A stretch of 64,000 nucleotides of DNA from an uncultured delta proteobacterium (GCA_963816395.1 CAWFKQ010000005.1:32001-96000); one strand, 5' to 3'. Positions 22,734-33,211 are shown, counted from the stretch's first letter. Made by a program: numbers and translations. The notes: generated by a model not told the origin, from the letters alone.

Positions 22734-23525
22734 ATGAGCGGAGAAAGCAAGACAGCCATTCAATTGATCGACGTGGAAAAATCGTTTGGGCCGCAGAAGG
22801 TCCTGCGGGGAATCAATCTCTCCGTCGCCGAAGGGACTACCACGGTCATCGTGGGGGCAAGCGGGCAGGGAAAGAGTGTTATCCTGAAGCATATGCTCGG
22901 CCTGATCCGCCCTGATCGTGGCCAAGTGCTGGTGTTCGGTCGCGATATGGCAAGAATCGGCGGCAGGGAGATGAAGAAGGTCCGCACCAATTTCGGGGTG
23001 CTGTTTCAAAACTCGGCCCTGCTGGACTCCATGACTGTGTTCGATAATGTGGCCCTGCCTCTGCGCGAACGCACAAAAGCTTCGGAGAAGGAGATCCGGG
23101 ACAATGTCGAAGAGAAACTGGGGTTGATGGACCTGGTAGGTTCGGAATCCAAATATCCGGCGCAACTTAGCGGTGGCATGCAGAAGCGGGTGGGGCTGGC
23201 GCGGGCACTGGTGTTGAATCCCAGGGTGGTTTTTTTCGACGAACCCACCACCGGTCTGGATGTACGGAAAAGCAATGAAATTTATCGTCTCTTCCATAAG
23301 ACGCAGGCACAGTTCAAGTACACTGCGGTGATCGTCAGCCATGATGTGCCGAAAATTTTCAAGCTCGCCGATTACGTAGCGTTGCTTGCAGACGGTATCA
23401 TTCAAGGGTCCATGACGCCCGAGGAGTTCCAACTCTCCAGCAACCCTTTGATCAAGGCCTTTGTCGTGGAGACGATGGGCCCCATTTATTCCAGTGAAGG
23501 GGAGGAACTGAGTGAAACGTTTTAA
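22734..23525 (+). CDS. mlaF: MlaF-family ABC ATP-binding protein
   Basis: GASGQGKS, LSGGMQKRV, FDEPT. Confidence 0.9.
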   Translation: MSGESKTAIQLIDVEKSFGPQKVLRGINLSVAEGTTTVIVGASGQGKSVILKHMLGLIRPDRGQVLVFGRDMARIGGREMKKVRTNFGVLFQNSALLDSMTVFDNVALPLRERTKASEKEIRDNVEEKLGLMDLVGSESKYPAQLSGGMQKRVGLARALVLNPRVVFFDEPTTGLDVRKSNEIYRLFHKTQAQFKYTAVIVSHDVPKIFKLADYVALLADGIIQGSMTPEEFQLSSNPLIKAFVVETMGPIYSSEGEELSETF

Positions 23526-23959
23526 CATAGAAATCGCGGTGGGCATTTTTCTCATCATCGGCTTTATTTGCTTTGCCTGGCTGGCTGTGCGACTTGGCAA
23601 CATCAGTTTTTTCGGCGAGCAGAAGTATCAGCTTAACGCGCGCTTCGGCTCGGTGGCAGGGCTGAAGCCGGGAGCCTCCGTGGAAATCGCCGGTGTTCAG
23701 GTAGGGACAGGTCAGCGCCATCACCCTCGACCAGGAATATTATGAGGCGGTGGTCCATATGCAGGTCGAGGGTGGCGTCCACATCCAGAAAGACGCCATC
23801 GCCTCCATTCGCACCACCGGCATAATCGGAGAAAAATTTGTCAGCATCTCCCCCGGCGGCTCACCAGAAGACCTCAAGGCGGGGGGAACGATCACCGAAA
23901 CCGAGTCGGCCATTAGCCTGGAAGAGTTGATCAGCAAATACATTTTCCAGGGTAAATAA
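23512..23959 (+). CDS. mlaD: MlaD/MCE protein (frameshift near 23707)
   Basis: GLKPGASVEIAGVQVG...ASIRTTGIIGEKFVSISPGG across two frames. Confidence 0.85.
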
Positions 23960-23971
23960 GGGAGATTTCCC

Positions 23972-24727
23972 ATGCCAAAATCCGCATTGTTGGTAGCATT
24001 CCTCATGTTGAATCTCGCTTCTCCGCTGGCCGCCCAGACTGCGCCCGAAGAAAAGCAAGGCAATGCGGTCAGCAGCGGCGAGTTTACCGAATTCAAGGAT
24101 GTCTTCGCCGAGAAGGGGGCGGCCGGCCAGGTCTCGGATCCTCTTGAGCCAGTCAACCGGGCCATGTTCTGGGTGAACGACAAGCTCTACTTCTATGCGC
24201 TTAAGCCCGCAGCGCGCGCCTACAGGGTCGTTCCGGAATCCTTCCGTCAGTCGGTTGACAATTTTTTCGTCAACCTGGGAACGCCGGTGCGTTTCGTCAA
24301 CTGCTTGCTGCAGCTCAAATTCCGGGCGGCGGGAAATGAACTGCGACGTTTTCTCGTCAACAGCACACTGGGGGTGGGGGGATTTCTCGACCCTGCCGGG
24401 CGTAGCGGCTGGGAAATGACAGATGAGGATCTCGGCCAGACCCTGGGCAAATATGGAATCGGCTCCGGCATTTATCTGGTTCTTCCGGTATTCGGGCCGG
24501 CCAACCTGCGCGACGGAGTCGGCCGGGTGGGCGATTATTTCCTCGATCCCATTCCTTATGCAATTGACAATACCGGAGAGCTCATGGCCGTGAAGGGGTA
24601 TGATCGCGTCAATGTGTTTTCCCTGGATAATGACACCTATGAGAAAATCAAGGAACAGGCCCTCGATCCCTACCTGTTCATCCGCGATGCTTATGCCCAG
24701 CGTCGCGAGGCGCTTATCAGAAAGTAA
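23972..24727 (+). CDS. mlaA: MlaA/VacJ family protein
   Basis: DPLEPVNRAMF, EDLGQTLG, YLVLPVFGP, DPYLFIRDAY. Confidence 0.9.
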   Translation: MPKSALLVAFLMLNLASPLAAQTAPEEKQGNAVSSGEFTEFKDVFAEKGAAGQVSDPLEPVNRAMFWVNDKLYFYALKPAARAYRVVPESFRQSVDNFFVNLGTPVRFVNCLLQLKFRAAGNELRRFLVNSTLGVGGFLDPAGRSGWEMTDEDLGQTLGKYGIGSGIYLVLPVFGPANLRDGVGRVGDYFLDPIPYAIDNTGELMAVKGYDRVNVFSLDNDTYEKIKEQALDPYLFIRDAYAQRREALIRK

Positions 24728-24757
24728 TGCAGGCGCTTCGTCTGCCGGAGGAAAAAG

Positions 24758-25399
24758 ATGCATTTAAAAAAGATACCCGCACTTCTCCTGATCCTCATTT
24801 TAGCTACCGCAGGGACGGCCGCGGCAGTCTCGTCACCCACCCAGGAACTGCGCAACGGGGTTGAAAAGATCCTTGATCTGCTCAAGGATAAAAATCTGGC
24901 GCCGGAAGTACGGAACCAGAAAATAGAAGACATCGTCCGCAAGCGGTTCGACTTTAACGTAATGTCCCAGTGGATTCTGGGTATCTACTGGCGAAAGGCG
25001 TCTCCCCAGGAAAGAGACAAGTTCAAAGACCTGTTCAAGCAGCTTCTTGAAGCCACCTATAAAGGGCGGATCGGAGAGTATGCCGAGCAGTATAGCAACG
25101 AACATGTCGAGTACGCCGGGGAGAGGATCGTTGAGGACCGGGCACTGGTGGATACATTCGTAGTGACCAAGGATAAGAAGATTCCGATCAGCTATAAGAT
25201 GATCAAGCAAGGCGACGAATGGAAAATATATGACGTGGTCATCGAGGAAGTCAGTCTGGTTCTCAACTACCGCAACACTTATCAGGAAATCGTCCGCAAG
25301 GAGGGGTTGCAGGCGCTGTTTAAGAGAATGGAGGAGAAGATTGCCGAAATCCACTCCGGCAAAGCTCCGCCCGAAAGCGCCGCGCCGGTAAGCAAATGA
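24758..25399 (+). CDS. mlaC: MlaC/Ttg2D phospholipid-binding protein
   Basis: Signal peptide, FDFNVMS, WKIYDVVIEEVSLVLNYR. Confidence 0.9.
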   Translation: MHLKKIPALLLILILATAGTAAAVSSPTQELRNGVEKILDLLKDKNLAPEVRNQKIEDIVRKRFDFNVMSQWILGIYWRKASPQERDKFKDLFKQLLEATYKGRIGEYAEQYSNEHVEYAGERIVEDRALVDTFVVTKDKKIPISYKMIKQGDEWKIYDVVIEEVSLVLNYRNTYQEIVRKEGLQALFKRMEEKIAEIHSGKAPPESAAPVSK

Positions 25400-25864
25400 A
25401 AGAAACCACGCACGAGGTTTGCCTGCGCCTGTTGCATGAGCTGACATCTTTCCGTTTTCTTGGGGAGGAGGATATCGATCTTCTCGCCCCCTTTTTTCAG
25501 TGCCGCCAAATCCAGGCAGGAGAGACTTTGTGGCGTGAAGGGGAATCCTGCGATTTCCTGGTCTTCATCATTGATGGGCGCATCAGTGTCGAAAAAGAGA
25601 CGGAATTCGAAGGAAAGCAGATTATTGTCGGCGTTTATGGAAAGGGAACGATCGCCGGCGAGCCCTGTCTTCTCGACCATAAGCCGCGGCCATCTGACGG
25701 CGGTCGCTCTGGAAGATTCCAGCCTGCTCCTCCTCAGCCGGGAAAATTTCGAATGCCTGCTGAGGGATAACCCCACACTCGGGGTCAAACTCCTCAAGGG
25801 AATGCTCTTGACCGTCTCAACCCGCCTGCGGAAAGCGTTCGATCGGATCGCTGCAATTTTTTGA
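25396..25864 (+). CDS. Stand-alone cyclic nucleotide-binding domain protein (frameshift near 25690)
   Basis: GETLWREGE, GTIAGE...PR, then TAVALEDSSLLLLSRENF in the next frame; ATGA overlap with mlaC. Confidence 0.75.
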
Positions 25865-26092
25865 CAAAAACCCTTGTTGTTCGCAGAAAAAGAGATATAA
25901 AAATCAGATGGTTTTAAAGCAAAAGCTTGCAAAATGCTTCATCAAAGGTATCGCAAGTAATTAATTACTAACAACAATTCACCGGTTGTAAAATTCTCCG
26001 GGGTTTGTTAAGGTTGCCCGGTCGTTTTCCGGACCAAGATTCTGCTGGCTCTTTGGCACCTTTCCGGATCGGCGACAGGAGGTACACTGGCA

Positions 26093-26909
26093 ATGAAAAT
26101 TATCGTTCTGGTCTCGATCTTTACCTTTTTGTCCGTAACAGTCTGTTTTGCCGAGCATCCGATCCGTGATAACGGGGGCATTAAGGCCGGTAAGGCGGGG
26201 GAAGGGGATTTTACTGAATTTCATGATCCCTTCGACCAATCTTCTGCCGAAACCTTAGAAGATCCCCTGGAGCCGCTGAACCGGGCTTTCTTCTGGCTCA
26301 ACGACAAACTGTACACAGGGGTGCTGGCACCGCTTTGCCGGGCCGTTCCGCCGGAACTGCGAAATGCTGTGGCCGCGGTTTACGGTTCCCTGGACAAGCC
26401 ATTGCGCATCGGGGGGACGGAATTCAAATTCGCATTTCGCGATGGCGGCAGCGAAATCGGCCGCTTTCTGGTGCATAGTCTCGTTGACCTGTTCCACCAG
26501 GGACAACCGGATAACCAGACTGACAAGGGGGAATTCGCCCGGACTCTTGACACTCTGGGCATCGGTTCCGGCTTCTACCTTGTGCTGCCGGTCTTCGGGC
26601 CTTCAGATCTGCGGGACGGCCTCTTGCGTTTGACCGGGTTTTATTATGATCCCACAACCTGTCTTGGAACGGTAGCCGGCACACGGGCAGAAATCGGCAG
26701 AGAAATCCCTGCTCGGGGAGTTGACCCTCTATGAAAACATCCGCCGTCATAGCCTCGATCCCTACCTTTTCTTTCGCAATGCTTATGCTCAGCAACTCGT
26801 TGGGGAAGGGAAGAAGTCCTTTTTCTCTCTGGCTTCTCCCCTTTCCCCCCCGTCAGGGGAGGGGATGAAATACAGCCTGGTCTGCTCTCGCTGGACTCCC
26901 CTGCCTTAG
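26093..26909 (+). CDS. Second, divergent MlaA/VacJ paralog (frameshift near 26700)
   Basis: DPLEPLNRAFFWLNDKLY, YLVLPVFGPSDLRDG, SLDPYLFFRNAY. Confidence 0.7.
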
Positions 26910-26943
26910 GTAATCCCGGTCGCCGACCCAGGCGACCGGATGT

Positions 26944-27318
26944 CTATTCATGCCCATTTGCCGCCACCATGTAGGCAATCGCCAGGGCGACTTCCTCCGC
27001 CGTCAGCGCGGCAGCGCCTCCCTTCGGTGGCATATAGCCGCTGTCCCCCCGATAACCGTTCACCGCATGGCTGATCAGCCGGGGCATTCCCCGTTGCGCT
27101 CGCGTATGCCAGGCCTCGGCATCATCGATACGCGGTGCGCCGCCTTGGCCATTGCTGTGGCACTCGCGGCAGAACAGGTCATAAATTTTTTCTCCCTGGT
27201 CGAGTTGGTTGCGAGTAACGGCAAATCCCTCAGCGATGAGGATTTTCTTTTCGCTGAAGACCGCCAGGAAAACCAGCATGACAAGGGATACTAACAGCCC
27301 GAAATCCTTTCTCTTCAT
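26944..27318 (-). CDS. Monoheme cytochrome c5 family
   Basis: CRECH, GAPRIDD..W..R, MPPKGG distal Met. Confidence 0.88.
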   Translation of the reverse strand: MKRKDFGLLVSLVMLVFLAVFSEKKILIAEGFAVTRNQLDQGEKIYDLFCRECHSNGQGGAPRIDDAEAWHTRAQRGMPRLISHAVNGYRGDSGYMPPKGGAAALTAEEVALAIAYMVAANGHE

Positions 27319-27550
27319 GGCACCTCCCTGGTATGTGAATGGGTCAGGAGGTCATCAGGGGCAGGGCTCTACCCATCGGCAATCAGAATTGGCAGAAAAA
27401 AAGCCACATGCGGCCCCTGGTGATGCGGCCCTTGTCGGTGCATCTGGATGTTCGATTACCGCATTTCCTTGGTGGCCAAGGAGGTTTTCAGTCTGTTTTA
27501 CCTAATTGCGGTGCAGTGGATTCCAGCCTGGGCCGTTTTCCCGTCCAGGT

Positions 27551-27856
27551 TCAGTCGACGTCATAAAAGGCGGTTACCGGTTCTTTTCTGGCATAGCCAG
27601 CCAGTTGGCTGGTGATTTCTTTGCCGGCGGAACTGGCCAGGTAAGCCCGGGCGTTCTCCAGGGTATCGAATCCGACCAGTATCTGGAGGTCCTCTTCCCG
27701 GACCAGCATATCCATCGACACCGCGCCTGCAACCCTTTCGAGAAAACGCTGCCGGTTGGGCAGGTATACCTTGGTGATCGCCTCCTCCCGTTTAGTCTGA
27801 GGGATCTGTAACGTCATCTGCAGGTAGGCTCTGACCGCCGGTTGTATTTGCCGCAT
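27551..27856 (-). CDS. Hypothetical protein (possibly dimeric alpha/beta barrel)
   Basis: 101 aa ORF with GAGGAGG SD; FDTLENARAYL pattern. Confidence 0.55.
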   Translation of the reverse strand: MRQIQPAVRAYLQMTLQIPQTKREEAITKVYLPNRQRFLERVAGAVSMDMLVREEDLQILVGFDTLENARAYLASSAGKEITSQLAGYARKEPVTAFYDVD

Positions 27857-28082
27857 TGCGGCCTCCTCTGCTCGGGGTCTGTTGCGGTGCCGGGGCGGAA
27901 TAATCGTCCGTCCGGTAATCCAAAGCTAACATCCTGGTAGGCACTGTCAATCTTCGGCGCCTCCTTCGAGAGGGTTGTTATCGGAGAAAAAAAGGTATAG
28001 GATCTTTAATAAAAGCTCTAAAGAAAGCCGCTAAGGCCCTTGGCCGTTCCCACCTTTTGTATTGTAATTCAGAGGCCCACGC

Positions 28083-28784
28083 ATGTTCCTGGAAGTGAAT
28101 CTGTTCGGCAGTTATGAGCTTGCGGTTCTGATCAAGATCATTCTGGCCGCCCTTGCCGGGGGCATTATCGGCCTGGAGCGGGAAAAACACGGCCGGCCGG
28201 CCGGCCTGCGCACGCATCTGCTGGTAGCGGTGGGGTCCTGTCTGATGATGATTGTGTCCGAAGGTTTTATCCTGAAGTACGGCGGGATGCCAGGGACATC
28301 GACGATCCGCCTCGACCCGGCCCGAGTGGCCGCTCAGATAGTAACCGGCATTGGTTTTCTTGGAGCCGGGGTGATCATCAAAGAGGGATTTTCCATCCGC
28401 GGACTTACCACCGCCGCATCCCTTTGGCTGGTCGCGGGGCTCGGCATGGCGTACGGCATGGGGCTGTTCGGACCTGGATCAATAGCTGCAGCGGTGGCAC
28501 TTTTCAGCCTGATTTTTCTCAAGCGCCTGGAACCGATCATGAACAAGGATCGCTACCTGCACCTGGCGGTGACTGCCACATTGGATTCCGACATCTATCC
28601 CCATCTGGAGCGCCTGTTCCAGGAACAACGGCTGCACATCTCCGATTTGGCTGCGACCACCGATCTGGAGAACAGGAAGGCCGAATACCACTTCGTCATT
28701 ACACAGCAACAGCGACGCATCGGCCGCGAGTTGACCGGCCAGATAGTCCGTCTGCCGGGAGTGCAGAAGATTCACTTCAAATAG
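28083..28784 (+). CDS. MgtC/SapB family membrane protein
   Basis: GLERE, AGLRTH, AAQIVTGIGFLGAG, GLTTAA. Confidence 0.92.
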   Translation: MFLEVNLFGSYELAVLIKIILAALAGGIIGLEREKHGRPAGLRTHLLVAVGSCLMMIVSEGFILKYGGMPGTSTIRLDPARVAAQIVTGIGFLGAGVIIKEGFSIRGLTTAASLWLVAGLGMAYGMGLFGPGSIAAAVALFSLIFLKRLEPIMNKDRYLHLAVTATLDSDIYPHLERLFQEQRLHISDLAATTDLENRKAEYHFVITQQQRRIGRELTGQIVRLPGVQKIHFK

Positions 28785-28851
28785 CCGCTCTTCTCCAGGC
28801 GATCCGGTAATTATCAGAGATATCCGTGAAAGGCGGGCGCTGGCAGGTGGC

Positions 28852-29472
28852 TCAGGAAAAGAATTGATCGAACTCGTTCTGGGAGGTATAAAGTGCCAGT
28901 TGGAGGCGGTTCTTGACCCCGAATTTCTTGTACAGGTGATTGCAGTGCGATTTCACCGTCTGCTCAGTGATCTTGAGCTTCTGGGCAATTTCCTTGTTTG
29001 ACAATCCCCCGCCGAGGCAGCGGAGAATTTCCTGCTCCCGCCTGGTCAAGGAAATTTCCTCGCGGCCCTTGTGCAGGAAGGAATCACGCAGGGTTTTGCG
29101 GTCGATCCATAACTCCCCCCTGTGTACCGACTCGATCGCCTTGCCGAGCATGGAAAGATCTGCATAGCCGGGAAGAAAACCGGCGAATCCCTTCGCCACC
29201 AGTTCAGAGAGGTCGCCGTAGGCGGTCAGCATGCCCCGATTCTCAATAATGCAGATGAGTTTGGCCGACTCGAAATGATAATCATTCAGAATCTGGCGGC
29301 ACATGATCTGGTCGGCCAGAATGATATCCGGGGCGATCTCGAGTTTTTCCTTCAGGTCCTCGTTGGAACTGGCCACCCCGATGACCCGCGTCGTGCGATC
29401 TTCTTCCAGAAGTCTTTTCAGCCCTTCGGCAAAAAGATGGACCCGACAGGCAATCAGGATGTTTACCGGCAT
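28852..29472 (-). CDS. LuxR-HTH regulator with atypical receiver domain
   Basis: LTRREQEIL...GLSNKEIA...TVKSH...KKFGVKNR. Confidence 0.88.
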   Translation of the reverse strand: MPVNILIACRVHLFAEGLKRLLEEDRTTRVIGVASSNEDLKEKLEIAPDIILADQIMCRQILNDYHFESAKLICIIENRGMLTAYGDLSELVAKGFAGFLPGYADLSMLGKAIESVHRGELWIDRKTLRDSFLHKGREEISLTRREQEILRCLGGGLSNKEIAQKLKITEQTVKSHCNHLYKKFGVKNRLQLALYTSQNEFDQFFS

Positions 29473-29636
29473 AGGAACTTTCCGTTAGGGGAGGGAAGCT
29501 GGTGCTCCCAGAATGATAATGGGCTATTCAGGTATGATTTAAACCCATCGGAGCGATAATTCAACCGGTGGGGAGAAAAAATCCGCTTTTTGGGTAGAGG
29601 GGATGTGAACGGGGCGGGTGCGGGGCAGGGAAACTT

Positions 29637-31349
29637 TCAGTGGATGTAGGCTTCGGTAACATAACGGCGCATCATGACATGCGTATTGAAATAATAGGCA
29701 TTTTTGCCGATGGCGTTTTTCATGATGCGAATCCATGCCGGCCGGTCGTGGTAGTACATTGGGATGATGATTTTCTCCAGCTTACTGTAGAGATCGAGAA
29801 CGTCTTCCGCCGAATGGTTGCTGTCGATTGCGTTTTCGGTAGCGGCGGGGCCTATCGACCAACCGGTGACTCCCTCAATATGTCCCTCGATCCACCAGCC
29901 GTCTAGAACGCTGAAGTTGGGCACGCCATTGAGGGCGGCCTTCATGCCGCTGGTTCCGGACGCCTCCAGGGGACGCAGCGGGTTGTTCAGCCAGACGTCC
30001 ACCCCCGGGATCAGGCGTGCCGCCACATCCATGTTGTAATTTTCCAGATAGACGCAGCTGATGCGACTTTTCAGCCGGCGGATCTGCTGGATAATCCGCT
30101 GAATTAACTCCTTGCCCGGATTATCACGGGGGTGGGCCTTGCCGCCGAAGACAAGCTGCAGCCTGCCTTCACCCATCGCCAGAAGTCGCTCCGCGTTGCT
30201 GAAGATGAGATCGCCGCGCTTGTAGGCTGCCGCTCGACGGGCAAAGCCGATGGTCAGGATCTCCGGATCGAGGCGGACCCCGGAAGTTTCCTCGATATAC
30301 TGGAAAAGGTAGGCTTTGGCGCCACAATGGGCGTCCCACAGCTCATCATCGGGAATAGTGTCCACCCGCACCAGCAGTTCCGGTTCCTTGGCCCAACTCG
30401 GCAGGTAACGGTTGAACAGGTTGACGAAATAGGGGGACGCCCAGGTGAAGGGGTGAATGCCGTTGGTAATGGCATGGATCTCGAAGCCGGGGAAGAGGAC
30501 CTTCGACACTTCGCCATGCTTTTTCGCCACTCCGTTGACGTAACGGCTCAGATTCATGGCCAGCCTGGTAGTGTTGAGCACCTCCTCCCCGGCCAGTTCT
30601 TTGAGCAGCGGCAGCGGAACGATTTCGCCCATGATCTGCTGCACCAGATCATAAGGGAACCGGTCATGCCCCGCCTCAACCGGAGTATGGGTTGTGAAAA
30701 CGCATTGCTCCATCACCCGGTGGGTATCCCAGGAGGCCCTCTCGTCCCAGGTATCTTCGACCGGGCGGCGAGACTGGTTGAGCAGTTCCAGGGTGAGGAG
30801 GCTGGCATGGCCTTCGTTCATGTGATATTTGCGGACGGTGAAGCCGAGAGCGTCCAAGATGCGGGCGCCGCCCAGGCCGAGGACGATTTCCTGCTTCAGG
30901 CGGTAAGCCTTGTCGCCGCCGTACAGCTCGTCGGTGAGATTCCGGTCACGCTCATCGTTGCCGGGAATGTCGGTATCCAGGAAAAGGACCGGCACCTGGC
31001 CGCCAGTGGGGCTGCGGACCCGATATAGCCAGGCCTGCACCTTGACATCCCGCCCCTCAATAGTGACCAGGGTCTTCACCGGCAGCAGTTCCATGAACTC
31101 CTCCGGTTTCCAGTCCCGAGGGAATTCCTGCTGCCAGCCATCCGGGCCGATTTTTTGCAGAAAGTAGCCTTTGCGGCAGATCAGGGTAACCGCCACCATC
31201 GGCACTTTGAGATCGGCAGCGGTCTTGATGGTATCCCCCGCCAGTACTCCCAAGCCGCCGCTGTAGGTTGGAATATCATTGGACAGTCCGATTTCCATCG
31301 AAAAATAGGATATTTTGGGTTCCTTGGTGAAAATTTTCCAATCACTCAT
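29637..31349 (-). CDS. glgP: Alpha-glucan phosphorylase (short form)
   Basis: YSGGLGVLAGD, HMNEGH, EASGTSGMK PLP motif. Confidence 0.93.
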   Translation of the reverse strand: MSDWKIFTKEPKISYFSMEIGLSNDIPTYSGGLGVLAGDTIKTAADLKVPMVAVTLICRKGYFLQKIGPDGWQQEFPRDWKPEEFMELLPVKTLVTIEGRDVKVQAWLYRVRSPTGGQVPVLFLDTDIPGNDERDRNLTDELYGGDKAYRLKQEIVLGLGGARILDALGFTVRKYHMNEGHASLLTLELLNQSRRPVEDTWDERASWDTHRVMEQCVFTTHTPVEAGHDRFPYDLVQQIMGEIVPLPLLKELAGEEVLNTTRLAMNLSRYVNGVAKKHGEVSKVLFPGFEIHAITNGIHPFTWASPYFVNLFNRYLPSWAKEPELLVRVDTIPDDELWDAHCGAKAYLFQYIEETSGVRLDPEILTIGFARRAAAYKRGDLIFSNAERLLAMGEGRLQLVFGGKAHPRDNPGKELIQRIIQQIRRLKSRISCVYLENYNMDVAARLIPGVDVWLNNPLRPLEASGTSGMKAALNGVPNFSVLDGWWIEGHIEGVTGWSIGPAATENAIDSNHSAEDVLDLYSKLEKIIIPMYYHDRPAWIRIMKNAIGKNAYYFNTHVMMRRYVTEAYIH

Positions 31350-31544
31350 CAGGCAGTGACCTCACATGCGGAATTAAGTGTCAAGGATAACAGGAATTAT
31401 CATCATCGGGAGGGAAATATACTCAATCGAACCTGGACCTGCGGCTGCTGGCTTGAACCGCTTTTTGCTTGAAAGAGTGCCCTGAGATATGAAAAGCTTC
31501 AGCATTATCCATGCTTTTTTCTCCTCCACGGATTTCCGCCTGTA

Positions 31545-32223
31545 TGTATCAGGAATATTACGTTTCTGCGAAAAACCTTTCACCATCACGCCAAATCCGC
31601 GTTTTCTCTTTCTCAGTAAAAACCACCGGGAAGTATTCGCTCACCTGCTCTACGGTATCCGGCAGCGCTCGGGCTTCATCGAACTCATCGGCGAGGTGGG
31701 AACCGGCAAAACCACTGTTCTCCGGACGTTGATGAGCCAACTGGCGGAACAGGAATACCGGCTGGCGCTCATTTTCAATCCCGGTCTGTCCGCTCTCGAT
31801 CTGCTGCGCAGCATAAACCGGGAATTCGGCCTCTCCTCCGCGGGTGGTATTGGCGATCTCCTCCACCTGCTGAACGACTTTCTGCTGCAGGAGAATGCCG
31901 CCGGCAACACCGTCATCCTGGTCATCGATGAGGCGCAGAATCTCGAACCGGCGGTTTTGGAACAGATCCGCTTGCTGTCCAACCTGGAAACGGAAACGAC
32001 CAAGCTGCCGGTTAATGCGTCATTGTATTCTGCGTCAGCCCACGCGGCGCCGCCTCGTTTTCTGCCCGCTGAAGACGGTAGTGCCGATGGCGGTGCTTCT
32101 GATCGGGGTGGCCGGGTACGGTCTTTCCGGCCTGCTGGCCTCGGTTCTGTAGCCCAAGCCAACCCCGGCCCCTGTTCTTACGGAGGAGATCTCGCCGGCT
32201 GCCGCTGCGGTAAGCCCGGCTAA
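31545..32223 (+). pseudogene. Truncated ExeA/GspA-type AAA ATPase
   Basis: MYQEYY/KPFTITPNPRF, GEVGTGKT, IDEAQNL, RLLSNLET; similarity stops abruptly after TTKL. Confidence 0.65.
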
Positions 32224-32341
32224 CCCTATGGCCGGCGGCGGACTGGTCGTGCCGGCAGATTCCCGCCCCACCCAAGAAAGAGCCGCCGGTGGTCGAGGAG
32301 GTTTTCCGCCAGGTAAAGTCGGTCGCCATTCCCGGTTTTAA

Positions 32342-33211
32342 TCAATGCAGCGGCCCCTCGTCCAGGCCGAGCAGCAGATAATCCGCCTCACCGGTGGTTA
32401 CGTCCGCCTGTTCAATCCGACCGGGAATCGCCGGCAGCAATACCCGATAATTGATATCCGTTTGCTTCCTGAGTTGTTCCGGAATGCCGTACTTCCAGGC
32501 ATGGCCACTGCCGGCCAGGACCACTACGGTAGTATCCGGATGGGCCTGCAGATATTCGACCAGGCGCTGGGCCATGGCGGTGTCCCAGACCATCTGCGCC
32601 TCGCAAAAATTTTCAAAGCTGGCGCCCTCGTGGGCATGACTGCCCAGGGTGCGGCGGATGAAACTGCGATATTCCGGATCGACCGTGCAGCTCACCCCCG
32701 GGACCTCCTGCAGTTGCTGCGGCGAGAGGGAGGCGAACCCTTCCCGCGCCACCTGCATGGTGATTTCCCGGGGGACATTGAGGCCGATGAGCGGAATGCG
32801 GTCCAGGCGGGCGTACTCAAGAATTCCCTGGTATAGCGGCCACATCCCCCAGTTCTGTTCGAAGACGGAGCGGAATTTTCTTTCGCTCATTTGCCCCATC
32901 ACCCACTTATCCAGGGCATCCTGACTCTCCCGGCGGACCATTTCCAGGCCGATGGCGATCCGTTTGCCGGTTTCCTGCAGAGCCTGGATTACCTGCAATT
33001 GGGCCTGATGGTGGGAGGGATGGTCGTGCAACTCGCCGATAAACACCACCCGGGTGTCCTTGAGATCGTCGACCATCTGGTCGAACGTTACAAAACGGGC
33101 GCTGGATACGTCAAGGATGTGCGCCCAACCGGCCGAAGCCGGCAGGACCAGAAAGAACGGGGACAGAAGCAGAACAAGAAGGAGTTGAAGGAATGATTTG
33201 GTCGGATTCAT
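32342..33211 (-). CDS. ChaN/DUF399 family exported protein
   Basis: VFIGELHD..HH..QL, GLEM, AQMVWDTAMA, LAGSGH. Confidence 0.85.
   Translation of the reverse strand: MNPTKSFLQLLLVLLLSPFFLVLPASAGWAHILDVSSARFVTFDQMVDDLKDTRVVFIGELHDHPSHHQAQLQVIQALQETGKRIAIGLEMVRRESQDALDKWVMGQMSERKFRSVFEQNWGMWPLYQGILEYARLDRIPLIGLNVPREITMQVAREGFASLSPQQLQEVPGVSCTVDPEYRSFIRRTLGSHAHEGASFENFCEAQMVWDTAMAQRLVEYLQAHPDTTVVVLAGSGHAWKYGIPEQLRKQTDINYRVLLPAIPGRIEQADVTTGEADYLLLGLDEGPLH

Noticed and set aside
25865..26092. Riboswitch (e.g. cyclic dinucleotide GEMM type) in the AT-rich spacer
   Set aside because: I could not identify the consensus elements; it looks like a promoter region.
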